Source: Elusimicrobiota bacterium (GTDB lineage Bacteria > Elusimicrobiota > Elusimicrobia > UBA1565 > JACRDR01). From it: DNA of 64,000 nt. Of this stretch, positions 1 to 9,171 are shown in pieces. The number at the start of each line of letters is the position of its first letter. Position 1 is the first letter of the stretch. The notes under the pieces are model-generated. The model did not search any database. It worked only from the letters and a program-made list of their open reading frames with translations, and had not been told where the DNA came from. The position numbers and the translations under genes are program-made. The DNA is taken from contig JBGFSC010000010.1 in assembly GCA_041694815.1 (NCBI GenBank), positions 32,001 through 96,000 of the forward strand. Reading direction: 5' to 3'.

Positions 1-1489
1 TCCCTAACCAGGGAACCCATGGCAGGAGCTCCGGATGAGGCAACGCGGCCCGCACCGCCTCGGACGCCGCCGCGAGGCGCTTGAGGGAGGATTCAAGTGC
101 CTCCCGGGAGCCGGACTTGCTCCCGCAATATTCCCGCACGCGCGCCGCTAACGGCTTCAAATCCCCCTCGGGGCCGCCCTCCAGCCTCGCTCGCAGCAGG
201 TTCAAGAACCGATCCAGGGCAAGATCGGCCGTAATGGCGGCCTTCGCCTCGGCCTTGCGGCGCAGGGCCGAGAAACGCTCGATGCGCGACTCCTCCCGCC
301 GGGCCAGGGCGTCCATCCCCGCTAGGGCGGCTTCGGCCTGGGAAGACAGCTTGCGAACCCAGGGTGACAATTCCATCAGAAGCGCCGGGTCATGAGCCAG
401 GCTCGCGCTCAAGCCGCTCGGCAGCACGACGAGCTTACGCAAATAAGAGCGAAGGGGTTCTTCCTTTTTCTCTTCCCGATAACGGATCAGGAGCTCCTCG
501 AGGCGGCGCGAGCCCTCGGGACCATCGGGATCCAGCCAGGAGCTGGAATTGTTCTCGACGAACAGGCGCAAGGCCTCCGACGGGGAGTCGATCGACTCCC
601 TCCAAGCGCGATCGGGATCATAAGCTCGGGGATCCGCGGCGTAAGCCGCCGCCGTATGCAGCGCAAAACGCGACAACCGCGGCAGGGGCGAGGCGTTGGC
701 GACATAGGCCTCGTGATGCTCGGCCAAGGAAGGGTCCCTGCCCGTCAAGGGTCCAAGGAACAGCCGCCCTGAATCCAGGAGCCGATCCTGAACGGGATAA
801 TTATCCCCCAAAGCCAAGGGATGCCCGAGCTCTTTCTTGAAATCCCCGGCCTCGCCGACGCCGATACGCCGGCTAAGGATCTGGCCGCCGGTCCAGCCGA
901 TGATATAGCGCGAATCAAGGCGCCGCGCGATATCCCGCCAATAACGCCGCGGCGTGGAGTCTCTCCAATAGAGCGCGGGGACGAAAATCATTCGGAGTCC
1001 GGAATGGCGATCGGCCAATCTCGAAATCAACGCGTTGGCGAAATCGACATGATACCCCTTCGGCTCGAGATCGTCGAAAGCCAAGACCAGCTTAGACACC
1101 CCCAAGCCGAGCACCGACTCGTATTTGGCGAGCGCTGTCTCGATCTCCGCTGGATCTCCCGAGCGGAGGTCCAAGCCCGGGCTCAGGGCCCAGGCGATAT
1201 CCACGGAATTCCGGCGGCCCGACTCGACCAATCGTTTCAGCTCGCGCGCCTCGCGCGGCTCCAGCGGCCGCCGCCAGTAACGCCTTTGGGAAGGCTCGTC
1301 CTTGGCCGCCAACACGAAGAGGTTCATCCCTCGGCGCGACATCCACTCGACCATCGAACGGCGCTGCTCCCAACTCCAGGGACGCCCATAGAATCCCTCG
1401 AGCACCCCGCGCCATTTAAAGCCCGGCTCTTGGGCGGCCGCGGCGGCGGCAACAAAAAGGGGAAGCAGCAGCCCCGAAGCGCGGCTCAC
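1..1489 (-). CDS. Secreted beta-N-acetylglucosaminidase, GH84 (O-GlcNAcase/hyaluronidase) family; 3' end appears to run off the window
   Basis: Not in the ORF track, consistent with no stop in the window. Manual translation from GTG 1489 (GTGA overlap with upstream stop): MSRASGLLLPLFVAAAAAAQEPGFKWRGVLEGFYGRPWSWEQRR...GMNLFVLAAKDEP...ALSPGLD...LAFDDL, showing the GH84 signature and catalytic DD pair. Confidence 0.85.
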   Translation of the reverse strand, partial: MSRASGLLLPLFVAAAAAAQEPGFKWRGVLEGFYGRPWSWEQRRSMVEWMSRRGMNLFVLAAKDEPSQRRYWRRPLEPREARELKRLVESGRRNSVDIAWALSPGLDLRSGDPAEIETALAKYESVLGLGVSKLVLAFDDLEPKGYHVDFANALISRLADRHSGLRMIFVPALYWRDSTPRRYWRDIARRLDSRYIIGWTGGQILSRRIGVGEAGDFKKELGHPLALGDNYPVQDRLLDSGRLFLGPLTGRDPSLAEHHEAYVANASPLPRLSRFALHTAAAYAADPRAYDPDRAWRESIDSPSEALRLFVENNSSSWLDPDGPEGSRRLEELLIRYREEKKEEPLRSYLRKLVVLPSGLSASLAHDPALLMELSPWVRKLSSQAEAALAGMDALARREESRIERFSALRRKAEAKAAITADLALDRFLNLLRARLEGGPEGDLKPLAARVREYCGSKSGSREALESSLKRLAAASEAVRAALPHPELLPWVPWLG

Positions 1490-2928
1490 CGGGAAAGCAG
1501 ACGCTCGTAGCCGATCCTTAGAAGCTCTTCGGCGGAAGGGCCGATCGAATTAGTCTCGTTGTAATGGGTACCGGAAGGCTCGGGCGACATGCTGCGGGTG
1601 GGGGTCACTTTGAAATCATAAGCCGGAACGATATAGCCGATCTCGTCGTTGGCCAGCCCCACGACCCAGCCGTGCCGGCCGAGCCTCTGGCGCAGGTACG
1701 GCCCGCGGGGTGCCTTGGAGACGGCCGGCGGGTTGGGATTGGCTGGGCTCCACAGGGGATGGCCGAAGCGCAGGCTCCCGTCGTAGCCGCCCAGGGCAAG
1801 CTCGGGAAACAGCTCGCCGGGGACTCCCAGGATGCGCACGGCGCCGAGACGAATAAGCGAGAGCTCCGTGTCCACGCGCGGACGCAGGCGCTCGGACAGA
1901 GGAAAGAAGAGGAAATGCCTCAAGGGCAGCGCATAGATCTTCCAGCGGGCAAGCGGCTTGCCGGAAGCCTCCAAGAGCTTATGGCCGAAGGCGAGGCTCG
2001 GCATGAAGAGCAGGTAGCGGGAATTATCCACGGTCAAACGTGCCGTTTCGGAGGAAAACGAAAGCGCGTAAACGGCGACACGCTCGGCCTGGCGCAGGGC
2101 GGAGAGCGCCCGCTCCGCCAAGGTTGACCCTATCCTCTCGACATCCGAAAATTGGGTTTTGAGATCGGCCGCGCGGTCCGTATCGGGGATCAGGTGGCCG
2201 CCGATCGAGCCGGGGAAAAAGGCGCAGGTGCCGCCGCGCGACTTTTCGATCTTCGCGCATAAGGCGCCCGGATAATCGGCGGACACCTCATCGTTCTTTT
2301 CTGTTAACACCACCGGATGGCAGGACCAGCGCAGCAGCGTGGCGATGGTTTTGCCGCTTAAGTCCCGCGCCTCGAGGGCGTTTAGCTCTGGATCCAGCAC
2401 GATCGGGTCGCGCGAATCTCGGCAAAGCCCGTTGGGGTCGACGTTCGTCCGCGCGGCGAAGAGCTCGGCTTCCCGCATCCTGGAGCTCAGGTCGCGGACC
2501 AAGCCCTCGATGCGCCTTTTGAGCCGCTCGTGGTAGCGGCGGTCGACCCCGGAAAGCGCCGGGAAACGGCCCCAGAGCCCCATGGTATCGGGGGTCGAAT
2601 GGCTATGCGTGGCGGAAATAAACAGGTATTTTCCGCCGCTCTCCCAGCCGAGCCGCCGTCGCAGGTCCAGCACATCCTCGCGGAAGAGCCCGATGCTGTC
2701 GACGGAGACCAAGGCAACCGTACGCGCGCCGTCGGATAGCAGCAGCGCGCGCGCGTAGAGCGGGTCATGGACCCCGGAGGCCCGGCGCCCGGAGGCGCCG
2801 TAGCCGGCCAGCCAGATCGTTTCCCTTTTTAGATCCGGAGTAATATCCGCCTTGCCGGCGGCGGCGTAGAGCCTAGCCTCCGACGGGAGGGAAAGGGCGA
2901 AGGAAATCGAAAGGAGAAGGGCGTTCAC
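1486..2928 (-). CDS. Exported neutral/alkaline ceramidase-like hydrolase
   Basis: Signal-like N-terminus; GKADITP, GVHDPLYARAL, ISATHSHSTP, WSCHP, SADYPG and PGELFPE motifs. Confidence 0.7.
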   Translation of the reverse strand: MNALLLSISFALSLPSEARLYAAAGKADITPDLKRETIWLAGYGASGRRASGVHDPLYARALLLSDGARTVALVSVDSIGLFREDVLDLRRRLGWESGGKYLFISATHSHSTPDTMGLWGRFPALSGVDRRYHERLKRRIEGLVRDLSSRMREAELFAARTNVDPNGLCRDSRDPIVLDPELNALEARDLSGKTIATLLRWSCHPVVLTEKNDEVSADYPGALCAKIEKSRGGTCAFFPGSIGGHLIPDTDRAADLKTQFSDVERIGSTLAERALSALRQAERVAVYALSFSSETARLTVDNSRYLLFMPSLAFGHKLLEASGKPLARWKIYALPLRHFLFFPLSERLRPRVDTELSLIRLGAVRILGVPGELFPELALGGYDGSLRFGHPLWSPANPNPPAVSKAPRGPYLRQRLGRHGWVVGLANDEIGYIVPAYDFKVTPTRSMSPEPSGTHYNETNSIGPSAEELLRIGYERLLSR

Positions 2929-3911
2929 GGGTCTAGGAACTCAGGGGGTTTAAGCAAAGCGTTGTTTCCCTTTTGGAAATGCTGGCGCCACCATTCCCGA
3001 TGCTCCCCCGGCGCGGCGATGGCGACGCGAGCCTCGGGGATCCGCAGCCAGGGGTCCTCGGAGGGCTCGATGGCCCCCGCGACGCCGCCCAGGCGGCGGC
3101 CCGAGCTGATCATGATCGCGTCCCAAGGCACCCCCATGGCCGAGGCCAGCGAGCGGGCGAGTTCGGTCTGCGAGATCGAGCCGTGAGCGCTACCGAAACT
3201 CTGCCCCGGCTCCGAAGCGATGGGGGGCATTACGAAATAAAGCCGCCGCGTTCCGCGATGGAAGCGCGCGACGGCGCGGGAGACCACGCGCAGCATCGCG
3301 GGCAAGGGCAGGGAGGCCTCGCCGCCGATCTGACCGATGGGCCACTGCCGCGCGAGGTCGACGACGAGCATGTCATGGGTCGGCTCGTCGCCTATTTTTT
3401 CGGAACGGAAACACGCGGTGGACCCGAGCCCGTCCGAATAACTCTCCTCGAGCGTCTCGTAGAATCCCCGTCCGGCCTTCTCGAACTCCTGGGTCGCGCG
3501 CGGGAAATGGCTGCGGCTCGAGACCAGCACCGCTTTCTTGAAGCCCCTCTGGCGGGCGATCCGGGTGCTAAACACCGCGTTCTCCTCGGTATTGGAAGAC
3601 GAGTTCTCGAGCAGCACGTCCTCGCCGTCGATCCCCATGGCCACGGCGGCCATGCGCATCATCTCGGCCTCGGAGATGTGCCCCGCGGTGTAGCCTCCGG
3701 AGACGATGAGCTTCGAGGCACGGCCCTGCCTCACTTCCAAGGCCGCGCGGCAGACCCGCTGCACCAATATCGGATTCGCCCAGCCCTCCGGCGCGCTCCC
3801 CGCGCCCAGCACGATCAGCACGTCCGCGTACGGGACGCTCACCCCCTGGGCGAAAAGCGTCGTGGGAAATAAGAACGCCGCGAGTAGATACTTAACGGCT
3901 TCGATTCGCAT
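2925..3911 (-). CDS. YdcF/ElyC (DUF218) family protein with C-terminal extension
   Basis: IVLG, LIVSGG, SEAEMM, ENSSSNTEENA and SHFPRA motifs. Confidence 0.8.
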   Translation of the reverse strand: MRIEAVKYLLAAFLFPTTLFAQGVSVPYADVLIVLGAGSAPEGWANPILVQRVCRAALEVRQGRASKLIVSGGYTAGHISEAEMMRMAAVAMGIDGEDVLLENSSSNTEENAVFSTRIARQRGFKKAVLVSSRSHFPRATQEFEKAGRGFYETLEESYSDGLGSTACFRSEKIGDEPTHDMLVVDLARQWPIGQIGGEASLPLPAMLRVVSRAVARFHRGTRRLYFVMPPIASEPGQSFGSAHGSISQTELARSLASAMGVPWDAIMISSGRRLGGVAGAIEPSEDPWLRIPEARVAIAAPGEHREWWRQHFQKGNNALLKPPEFLDP

Positions 3912-4602
3912 ACGCGCAATCCTCCCCTAGAGGGCACCCGCCGCAGAGAGGCTCCGGGCGGCAGAAGTATTTTGCCAGCGCGACCAAAAGGGCATGGAAC
4001 TCCTGGTAGACACGGACCGAACGGGGCAGACGCTGGGTCAAATAACGCTGGGCCTCGGCGTAACCGGCGGCCTTAAACCAGCCAACCCGGCCTCCGATGC
4101 GCAGGGTATAGGCGTCGACGACGAAGGCGGGGCGGCCTCCGGCGTAGAGCAGGATCGAATCGGCCGTTTCCGGGCCTATCCCATGTATTTCGAGCAGTTC
4201 CTCGCGCAGCGCGGCGAGGTTTCCGCCCAACCAGCGCCGCAGCCCGGTTCCCTTAGCCAGGGCATGCCGCGCGAAGGCCTTGAGCTTTATCGCTTTCTGC
4301 CGGAAATAGCCCGAGCTACGGATCATCCGCCCCAATCGGCCCGGGGGCATGCGTTCGACGGCCCTCAAATCGACGGCGCGGGAGCGCCGCATTCCCTCCA
4401 AGGCACGCTCGACGTTCCACCAAGCCGTGTTCTGCGTGAGTATGGCCCCGAAGGCGATCTCCGTCGCCTCGCGCTCCGTGGGATCCAACAGCTTCCCGGG
4501 GTGGTATCGGGGACGGTACTCGCCGTCGGGCGTCACCGGCCACCAGCCCTGAGGCCCGAAGGCGCGCAGCAACCTCCGGTAGGCCATTGCCGGTCTAATC
4601 AT
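3892..4602 (-). CDS. Endonuclease III-related HhH-GPD DNA glycosylase
   Basis: FGPQGWWP, GAILTQNTAW, GIGPETADSILLY, VVDAYT and C-terminal CX6CX2CX5C 4Fe-4S motif. Confidence 0.9.
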   Translation of the reverse strand: MIRPAMAYRRLLRAFGPQGWWPVTPDGEYRPRYHPGKLLDPTEREATEIAFGAILTQNTAWWNVERALEGMRRSRAVDLRAVERMPPGRLGRMIRSSGYFRQKAIKLKAFARHALAKGTGLRRWLGGNLAALREELLEIHGIGPETADSILLYAGGRPAFVVDAYTLRIGGRVGWFKAAGYAEAQRYLTQRLPRSVRVYQEFHALLVALAKYFCRPEPLCGGCPLGEDCAYANRSR

Positions 4603-6322
4603 GGCGGGCGAGCCAGCGCCGCAGCTCGGCGAGGGGCAGACAATTGAGCACGTGCTTGGGTTCGAGCCATGCCCTGCGCGCGATCGTCACGGACATCGCC
4701 ATGTGCTCGTACTCGTAGGTGGAATGTGCGTCGGTATCGAGCGCGAGCGGGATTCCCAGCTCCTTGGCCCGACGCGCGCGGACGTCGTCGATATCCTGCC
4801 GGTCCGGCTGCCCGTTGATCTCGATCGCCGTTTCCGCGGAGGCCGCGGCCTTAAAAACCGCCTCCGCGTCGTGCGCGTAGGCGGGTCGGCGGTTGATGAG
4901 GCGCCCCGAGAGGTGGCCGAGTATGTCGACGTGCGGGTTGGCCGCCGCCGCGCAGATGCGCCGCGTCATCTCCGGCTCGCTCTGCTTGAAGCGCGAATGC
5001 ACGGAGCCCACCACGACGTCGATCTCGCGCAGCACCGAATCCGGGTAATCCAGGCTTCCGTCGGCCAGGATGTCGACTTCCATCGAGCGCATCAGTTCGA
5101 TGCCCCGGACCTTCCGCCGCAGGCGTTCGATCTCGCGGAAGCTGCGCCTCAGCTCGTCTACGCTCAACCCCTTGGCGACGGTAAGCGACCTGGAATGATC
5201 CCCCAGCGCCACCCATTCCCAGCCGCGCTCGCGCGCGGCCTCGGCCATCCGCTCGAGGCTGTGGCGCCCGTCGGTCAAAGTCGAGTGGTTGTGGAAATCG
5301 CCGCGTATGTCCTTGATCTCGACTAGGCGCGGCAGCCGGCCGGCCGCCGCCGCCTCCAATTCCCCGCGGTTCTCCCTCAATTCCGGCGGGATATACGGCA
5401 GGCCCAAAGCCTCATAGACTCCTTCCTCGTGCCGGCCGGCGAGGGGCTTGGCCTGCTTCTTATCCGAGAGTCGGTAGACTCCGTATTCGTTGATCGTCAG
5501 GCCGCGCTTGAGCGCCCGCTCCCTGAGGGCCACGTTATGGGCCTTCGAGCCGGTGAAATACTGGAGCGCCGCGCCGAAGGAGCGGGAGGGCACGACGCGC
5601 AGGTCGCACTGGATACCGGCGGCGAGCATCACGCTCGCCTTGGTGCCGCCGGCGGCCAGCACCCGGGCCACCGAGGGAAGCTTAGTGAAGGCCGCGATCA
5701 CGGGCTGGCCGGCGCCGCTTTCGCAAAGGATGTCGATGTCCGCCACCGTCTCCTGGCCCCGCCTCAAGGAACCGGCCGGCTCGACCCTTCCCACCCCTGG
5801 CAGCGCCCGCAAGGCCGCGCAGATCGGTTCGGCGGCCTGCCTCGCCTCCCAATGCAAGACACGCCGCGATTTCTTGGCGAACTCGAGGCCCTTGAGTATG
5901 TTCTCGAGCATCTTCGGCCCGAAGCCGCGCAATCCCTCAAGGCGGCCCGATTCGATAGCCTCCCGCAAGGCCTGCGTTCCCTCGATGCCCGCCTCCTCGA
6001 AGAGAAAGCGCGCGCGCTTGGGGCCCAGACCGGGGAGGCGCGTCATCTCCTGCAGGCCGGCCGGAAAGCGCTTGCGCGAGCGCCGCAGCTCGGCGAAGCT
6101 CCCGCAGCGGGCGATCTCGCGCAGGTGGGCCGCGATGCTCTTGCCCACTCCGGGGATCTCCAGAAGCTCCTTCGGGGAAAGCGCGCACACCGATTGCGGC
6201 AAGGTCGCGACGCTTTGGGCGGCGCGGTAATAGGAGCGGATGCGGAACGGGTTGGCCCCCTCCAGCTCCAGGAGCAGGGCCATCTCGGAGAGAAGCGCCG
6301 CTACCTCAGCGTTGCTGGCCAT
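4595..6322 (-). CDS. polX: DNA polymerase X / 3'-5' exonuclease (PHP domain)
   Basis: GSLRR..ETVADIDIL (DxD intact), YFTGSKAHN, PPELRE; PHP motifs HNHS..DG, DHS, TDAH. Confidence 0.95.
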   Translation of the reverse strand: MASNAEVAALLSEMALLLELEGANPFRIRSYYRAAQSVATLPQSVCALSPKELLEIPGVGKSIAAHLREIARCGSFAELRRSRKRFPAGLQEMTRLPGLGPKRARFLFEEAGIEGTQALREAIESGRLEGLRGFGPKMLENILKGLEFAKKSRRVLHWEARQAAEPICAALRALPGVGRVEPAGSLRRGQETVADIDILCESGAGQPVIAAFTKLPSVARVLAAGGTKASVMLAAGIQCDLRVVPSRSFGAALQYFTGSKAHNVALRERALKRGLTINEYGVYRLSDKKQAKPLAGRHEEGVYEALGLPYIPPELRENRGELEAAAAGRLPRLVEIKDIRGDFHNHSTLTDGRHSLERMAEAARERGWEWVALGDHSRSLTVAKGLSVDELRRSFREIERLRRKVRGIELMRSMEVDILADGSLDYPDSVLREIDVVVGSVHSRFKQSEPEMTRRICAAAANPHVDILGHLSGRLINRRPAYAHDAEAVFKAAASAETAIEINGQPDRQDIDDVRARRAKELGIPLALDTDAHSTYEYEHMAMSVTIARRAWLEPKHVLNCLPLAELRRWLARHD

Positions 6323-6683
6323 CGGCGAGCACCTTCTCGATCTTCTTGATTAAGCGCTCGTTGTCGTAGGGCTTGGTGACGTAATCGTTGGCGCCAGCGG
6401 CGAAGGCCGTTTCCACGTCCCCCATGCGGCCGAGGGCGGTCAGGGCGATGATCTTGATCGCGGAGGTCTTCGCTTCGGACTTGAGTATGCGGCAGACGTC
6501 GATGCCGCCCAGCACGGGCAGCAGCAGGTCGAGGAGGATGATCTCGGGCATCTCGCGGCGGGCCGTCTCGATCGCCGATTGGCCGTCGGCGGCGAAAAAG
6601 ACCCGGTAGCCCTTGACCTTGAGCAGCGCCTGGAGGCTTTCGGCGAGCATGGCGTCGTCTTCGACTACCAGCACCTTCCTCAT
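6306..6683 (-). CDS. Single-domain response regulator (receiver)
   Basis: VLVVEDD, ILLDLLLP, ALTA, YVTKPY. Confidence 0.9.
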   Translation of the reverse strand: MRKVLVVEDDAMLAESLQALLKVKGYRVFFAADGQSAIETARREMPEIILLDLLLPVLGGIDVCRILKSEAKTSAIKIIALTALGRMGDVETAFAAGANDYVTKPYDNERLIKKIEKVLADGQQR

Positions 6684-6714
6684 CGGTCAAACTCTAGCAA
6701 ATTCGCCGCCAGCG

Positions 6715-7473
6715 TCACTTAGCCGGCAGGCATACCTCCACAAGGGTGCGGCCATCGGCCTCGATCGAAAGCGACATGCTGCCCCCGTGCATCTCAACGA
6801 TGGCGCGCCCGAGGCCCAGCCCCACGCCCACGCTCGCTAAGACCTGCGAGTTCCCGGAGACCGGGTAGAACAGCTCGAGGGAACGCTCGGCCTGCCCCGG
6901 CGCCGGCGGCATCGACGCGAAACCCACCGTCACGCGCAGCGCCCCGTCCTGAGCGCGCGCCTTAAGCGAAAGCGCTCCCTGTCGGCGGAACTTGCGCGCA
7001 TGAGCCAGCACGGCCAAGAACACCCGGAATATCCGCTCCTGATCGGCGCTAACGCGCGGCAGGCGCTCCGGAACGTCCACGTCTAGAGGGACGTCGTCAC
7101 GCGAGACGCCGATGCGGGTGGCCTCCAGCGCCTCGCGGAGCAGCTGCGCGAGGTCGACCTCCTCCTTGCGCAAATGGAGGTCGCGGTGGAACTCGAGATG
7201 TAGGAAATCGCGGAGGTCGCCGACCAGGCTGTTTAAGCGCTGCACCTGGCCCCGCATCATCCTCATCCATTCCTCCTGGTCCTTCGGCATCGGGCCGAAT
7301 ACGCCCGAGAGAAAATTAAGGACCGTCATGTTGAGGCCCGTGATCGGCGTATTGAGCTCGTGCGCCACGAAGGAAAGCATCCGGCCACGCAACCGGCCCC
7401 GGCGCATGAGGAAGCAAGCGCATATCGAGGCCCCAGCGGCCGCCCCGGCCACGAACAGGAAAAATGCACTCAT
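6715..7473 (-). CDS. Membrane-anchored histidine kinase-like protein with degenerate ATPase domain
   Basis: H-box VAHELNTP and GLGL..HGG present; N-box and DxGxG box eroded. Confidence 0.8.
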   Translation of the reverse strand: MSAFFLFVAGAAAGASICACFLMRRGRLRGRMLSFVAHELNTPITGLNMTVLNFLSGVFGPMPKDQEEWMRMMRGQVQRLNSLVGDLRDFLHLEFHRDLHLRKEEVDLAQLLREALEATRIGVSRDDVPLDVDVPERLPRVSADQERIFRVFLAVLAHARKFRRQGALSLKARAQDGALRVTVGFASMPPAPGQAERSLELFYPVSGNSQVLASVGVGLGLGRAIVEMHGGSMSLSIEADGRTLVEVCLPAK

Positions 7474-7985
7474 ACGGCGAACGCGGAGCGCCGATGCCTT
7501 TGCGCCAGTAAAAGGTAGGATTTCTCGCTCGCGCGCAGCGAGGCGAGCTCGCGGGGGCGCAAGCGCCGGAGCACCTTGGCCGGCGAGCCGATCACCAGGC
7601 TCTCGGGCGGAATTTTCATCCCCGCCAGGACCAGCGCCCCGGCCCCCACGAGGCAGCGGGGTCCGACCTCGGCCTCCATCACCACCGCGCCCATACCGAT
7701 GAGGCAGCCGTCACCCACGCGGCAGCCGTGCAGGACGACCCGATGCCCCACCGTCACCCCCTTACCGACGACGGTGGGCCGCCCCTCGCGGCAATGGATG
7801 ACGGAGAGATCCTGGATGTTGCTGGCCTCGCCGATCTCGATACGGTCGACGTCGGCGCGCAGCACGCAGCCGGGCCAGATCGAGGCGCGCGCGCCGACCC
7901 TAGCCGCACCGATGATCTCGGCGGACTCGTGGATGAAGGCGCTCGGGTGGATGCGGGGCGCCTTGCGGCCGAAACGGCGGATCAA
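7470..7985 (-). CDS. Gamma carbonic anhydrase family hexapeptide-repeat protein
   Basis: LRADVDRIEIG..SNIQD..VIH, GHRVVLHGC, GSPAK. Confidence 0.92.
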   Translation of the reverse strand: MIRRFGRKAPRIHPSAFIHESAEIIGAARVGARASIWPGCVLRADVDRIEIGEASNIQDLSVIHCREGRPTVVGKGVTVGHRVVLHGCRVGDGCLIGMGAVVMEAEVGPRCLVGAGALVLAGMKIPPESLVIGSPAKVLRRLRPRELASLRASEKSYLLLAQRHRRSAFAV

Positions 7986-9070
7986 CAGCGCCTCCGCTGG
8001 CGCTGGAGATGGCGCGCCTCGAGCTCCAGTTCCGCCGGCAGGCTTTCCTGCGCCGTCTGTTCGATTAAGGCGGGCTCGGAGACCTTGAGCCCCCAGAGCA
8101 GAAAAACGCTGGAGAGGCCCGGCAGCACGTGGTAGGCCACGCGGTAGAGCAGAACCGCGACCATCGCGTCGTTCCAGTCGCTGCCCAGCCGCTCGAAGAC
8201 GGCGGCCATCGAGCCCTCCATCGCCCCCAAGCCGCCGGGCAACAGTGGCACGAGCATCGCCGCCTGGCCGACGGCGAAGCCCGTGACGCAGTGGGCCACG
8301 GACAGCTCGTCTCCGACGGCGCGGAAGGCGAAATAGAGCACCATCATCGTGAAGGCCCAGTCGAGGCAGGTGTAGACGATCGCCATCGTCAGGCGGCCGC
8401 GCGCGCCATGAATCTTGGCCAGGCCCTCCGTGAGCTGTATCTCAAAATCGACGAAGTCTTCCTTGGGGATCTCCTTCTTCGAGAAATAGAAAGAAACCCG
8501 GTTGATCCAGTGGAATATCTTGCGGAACAGCCGGCTGCGCCATTCGTGGTCGAAGAGGAAAATCAAGAAGGGGAGCGTGGCGGCGCCGAGCAGCAGCAGC
8601 CCGACGACGCCCTCCAAGAGCTGCAGCCGCGCGCCCTTCATCCCGAGAAGCAAATAGACTAAGCCCTCGAGGATGATGACGCCGAGAACCGCGTACATGA
8701 GCGCCGTACTGACGACGGAGGCGGTGACGGTGACCGCGTAGGGCACGTTGCGCTTGCGCAGCAAATGGGCCTTGAGCGCGAAGCCGCTGGCACCCAGCGA
8801 AGAGACGAAATAATTGGCGGTAGTCGAGACGAAGGCGATCCCTTGCACCTCCGGGAACGGAAGCCGGTAGCCCAACAGCCCCAGGACCTCCCCCAGGGCC
8901 AGGCCGATCATGGCGTAGCTGATAACGGCGGAGGCGATGGCGAGAGAAACAAAGCGCCAATCGAGGTCGCCGGCAACGCGCAAGAGGGGGCGGACATGAC
9001 CGACGAGCAGCCAACCGAATATGGCCGCGGACACCAATACGCCCAGCAGGATAAACTTCGCTTTCGCCAT
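7982..9070 (-). CDS. Lysylphosphatidylglycerol synthase TM / flippase-like (UPF0104) membrane protein
   Basis: Multiple TM helices; PGGLGAMEG and LLYR motifs. Confidence 0.85.
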   Translation of the reverse strand: MAKAKFILLGVLVSAAIFGWLLVGHVRPLLRVAGDLDWRFVSLAIASAVISYAMIGLALGEVLGLLGYRLPFPEVQGIAFVSTTANYFVSSLGASGFALKAHLLRKRNVPYAVTVTASVVSTALMYAVLGVIILEGLVYLLLGMKGARLQLLEGVVGLLLLGAATLPFLIFLFDHEWRSRLFRKIFHWINRVSFYFSKKEIPKEDFVDFEIQLTEGLAKIHGARGRLTMAIVYTCLDWAFTMMVLYFAFRAVGDELSVAHCVTGFAVGQAAMLVPLLPGGLGAMEGSMAAVFERLGSDWNDAMVAVLLYRVAYHVLPGLSSVFLLWGLKVSEPALIEQTAQESLPAELELEARHLQRQRRRC

Positions 9071-9171
9071 GCACCCGCCGGCCTTGTCACCCCGACGGAA
9101 ATCTAGTATCCTAATTTTTAGCCTCGACTGTCTACATTATCCCTCCCGCTGGCGAGTTATAACGAATACCC

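Noticed and set aside
81..1510. Several plus-strand ORFs at the window start
   Set aside because: Antisense to the GH84 gene, which carries clear family motifs.
9071..9171. LexA/SOS box upstream of nadB-uvrA
   Set aside because: No convincing palindrome matching known LexA boxes.
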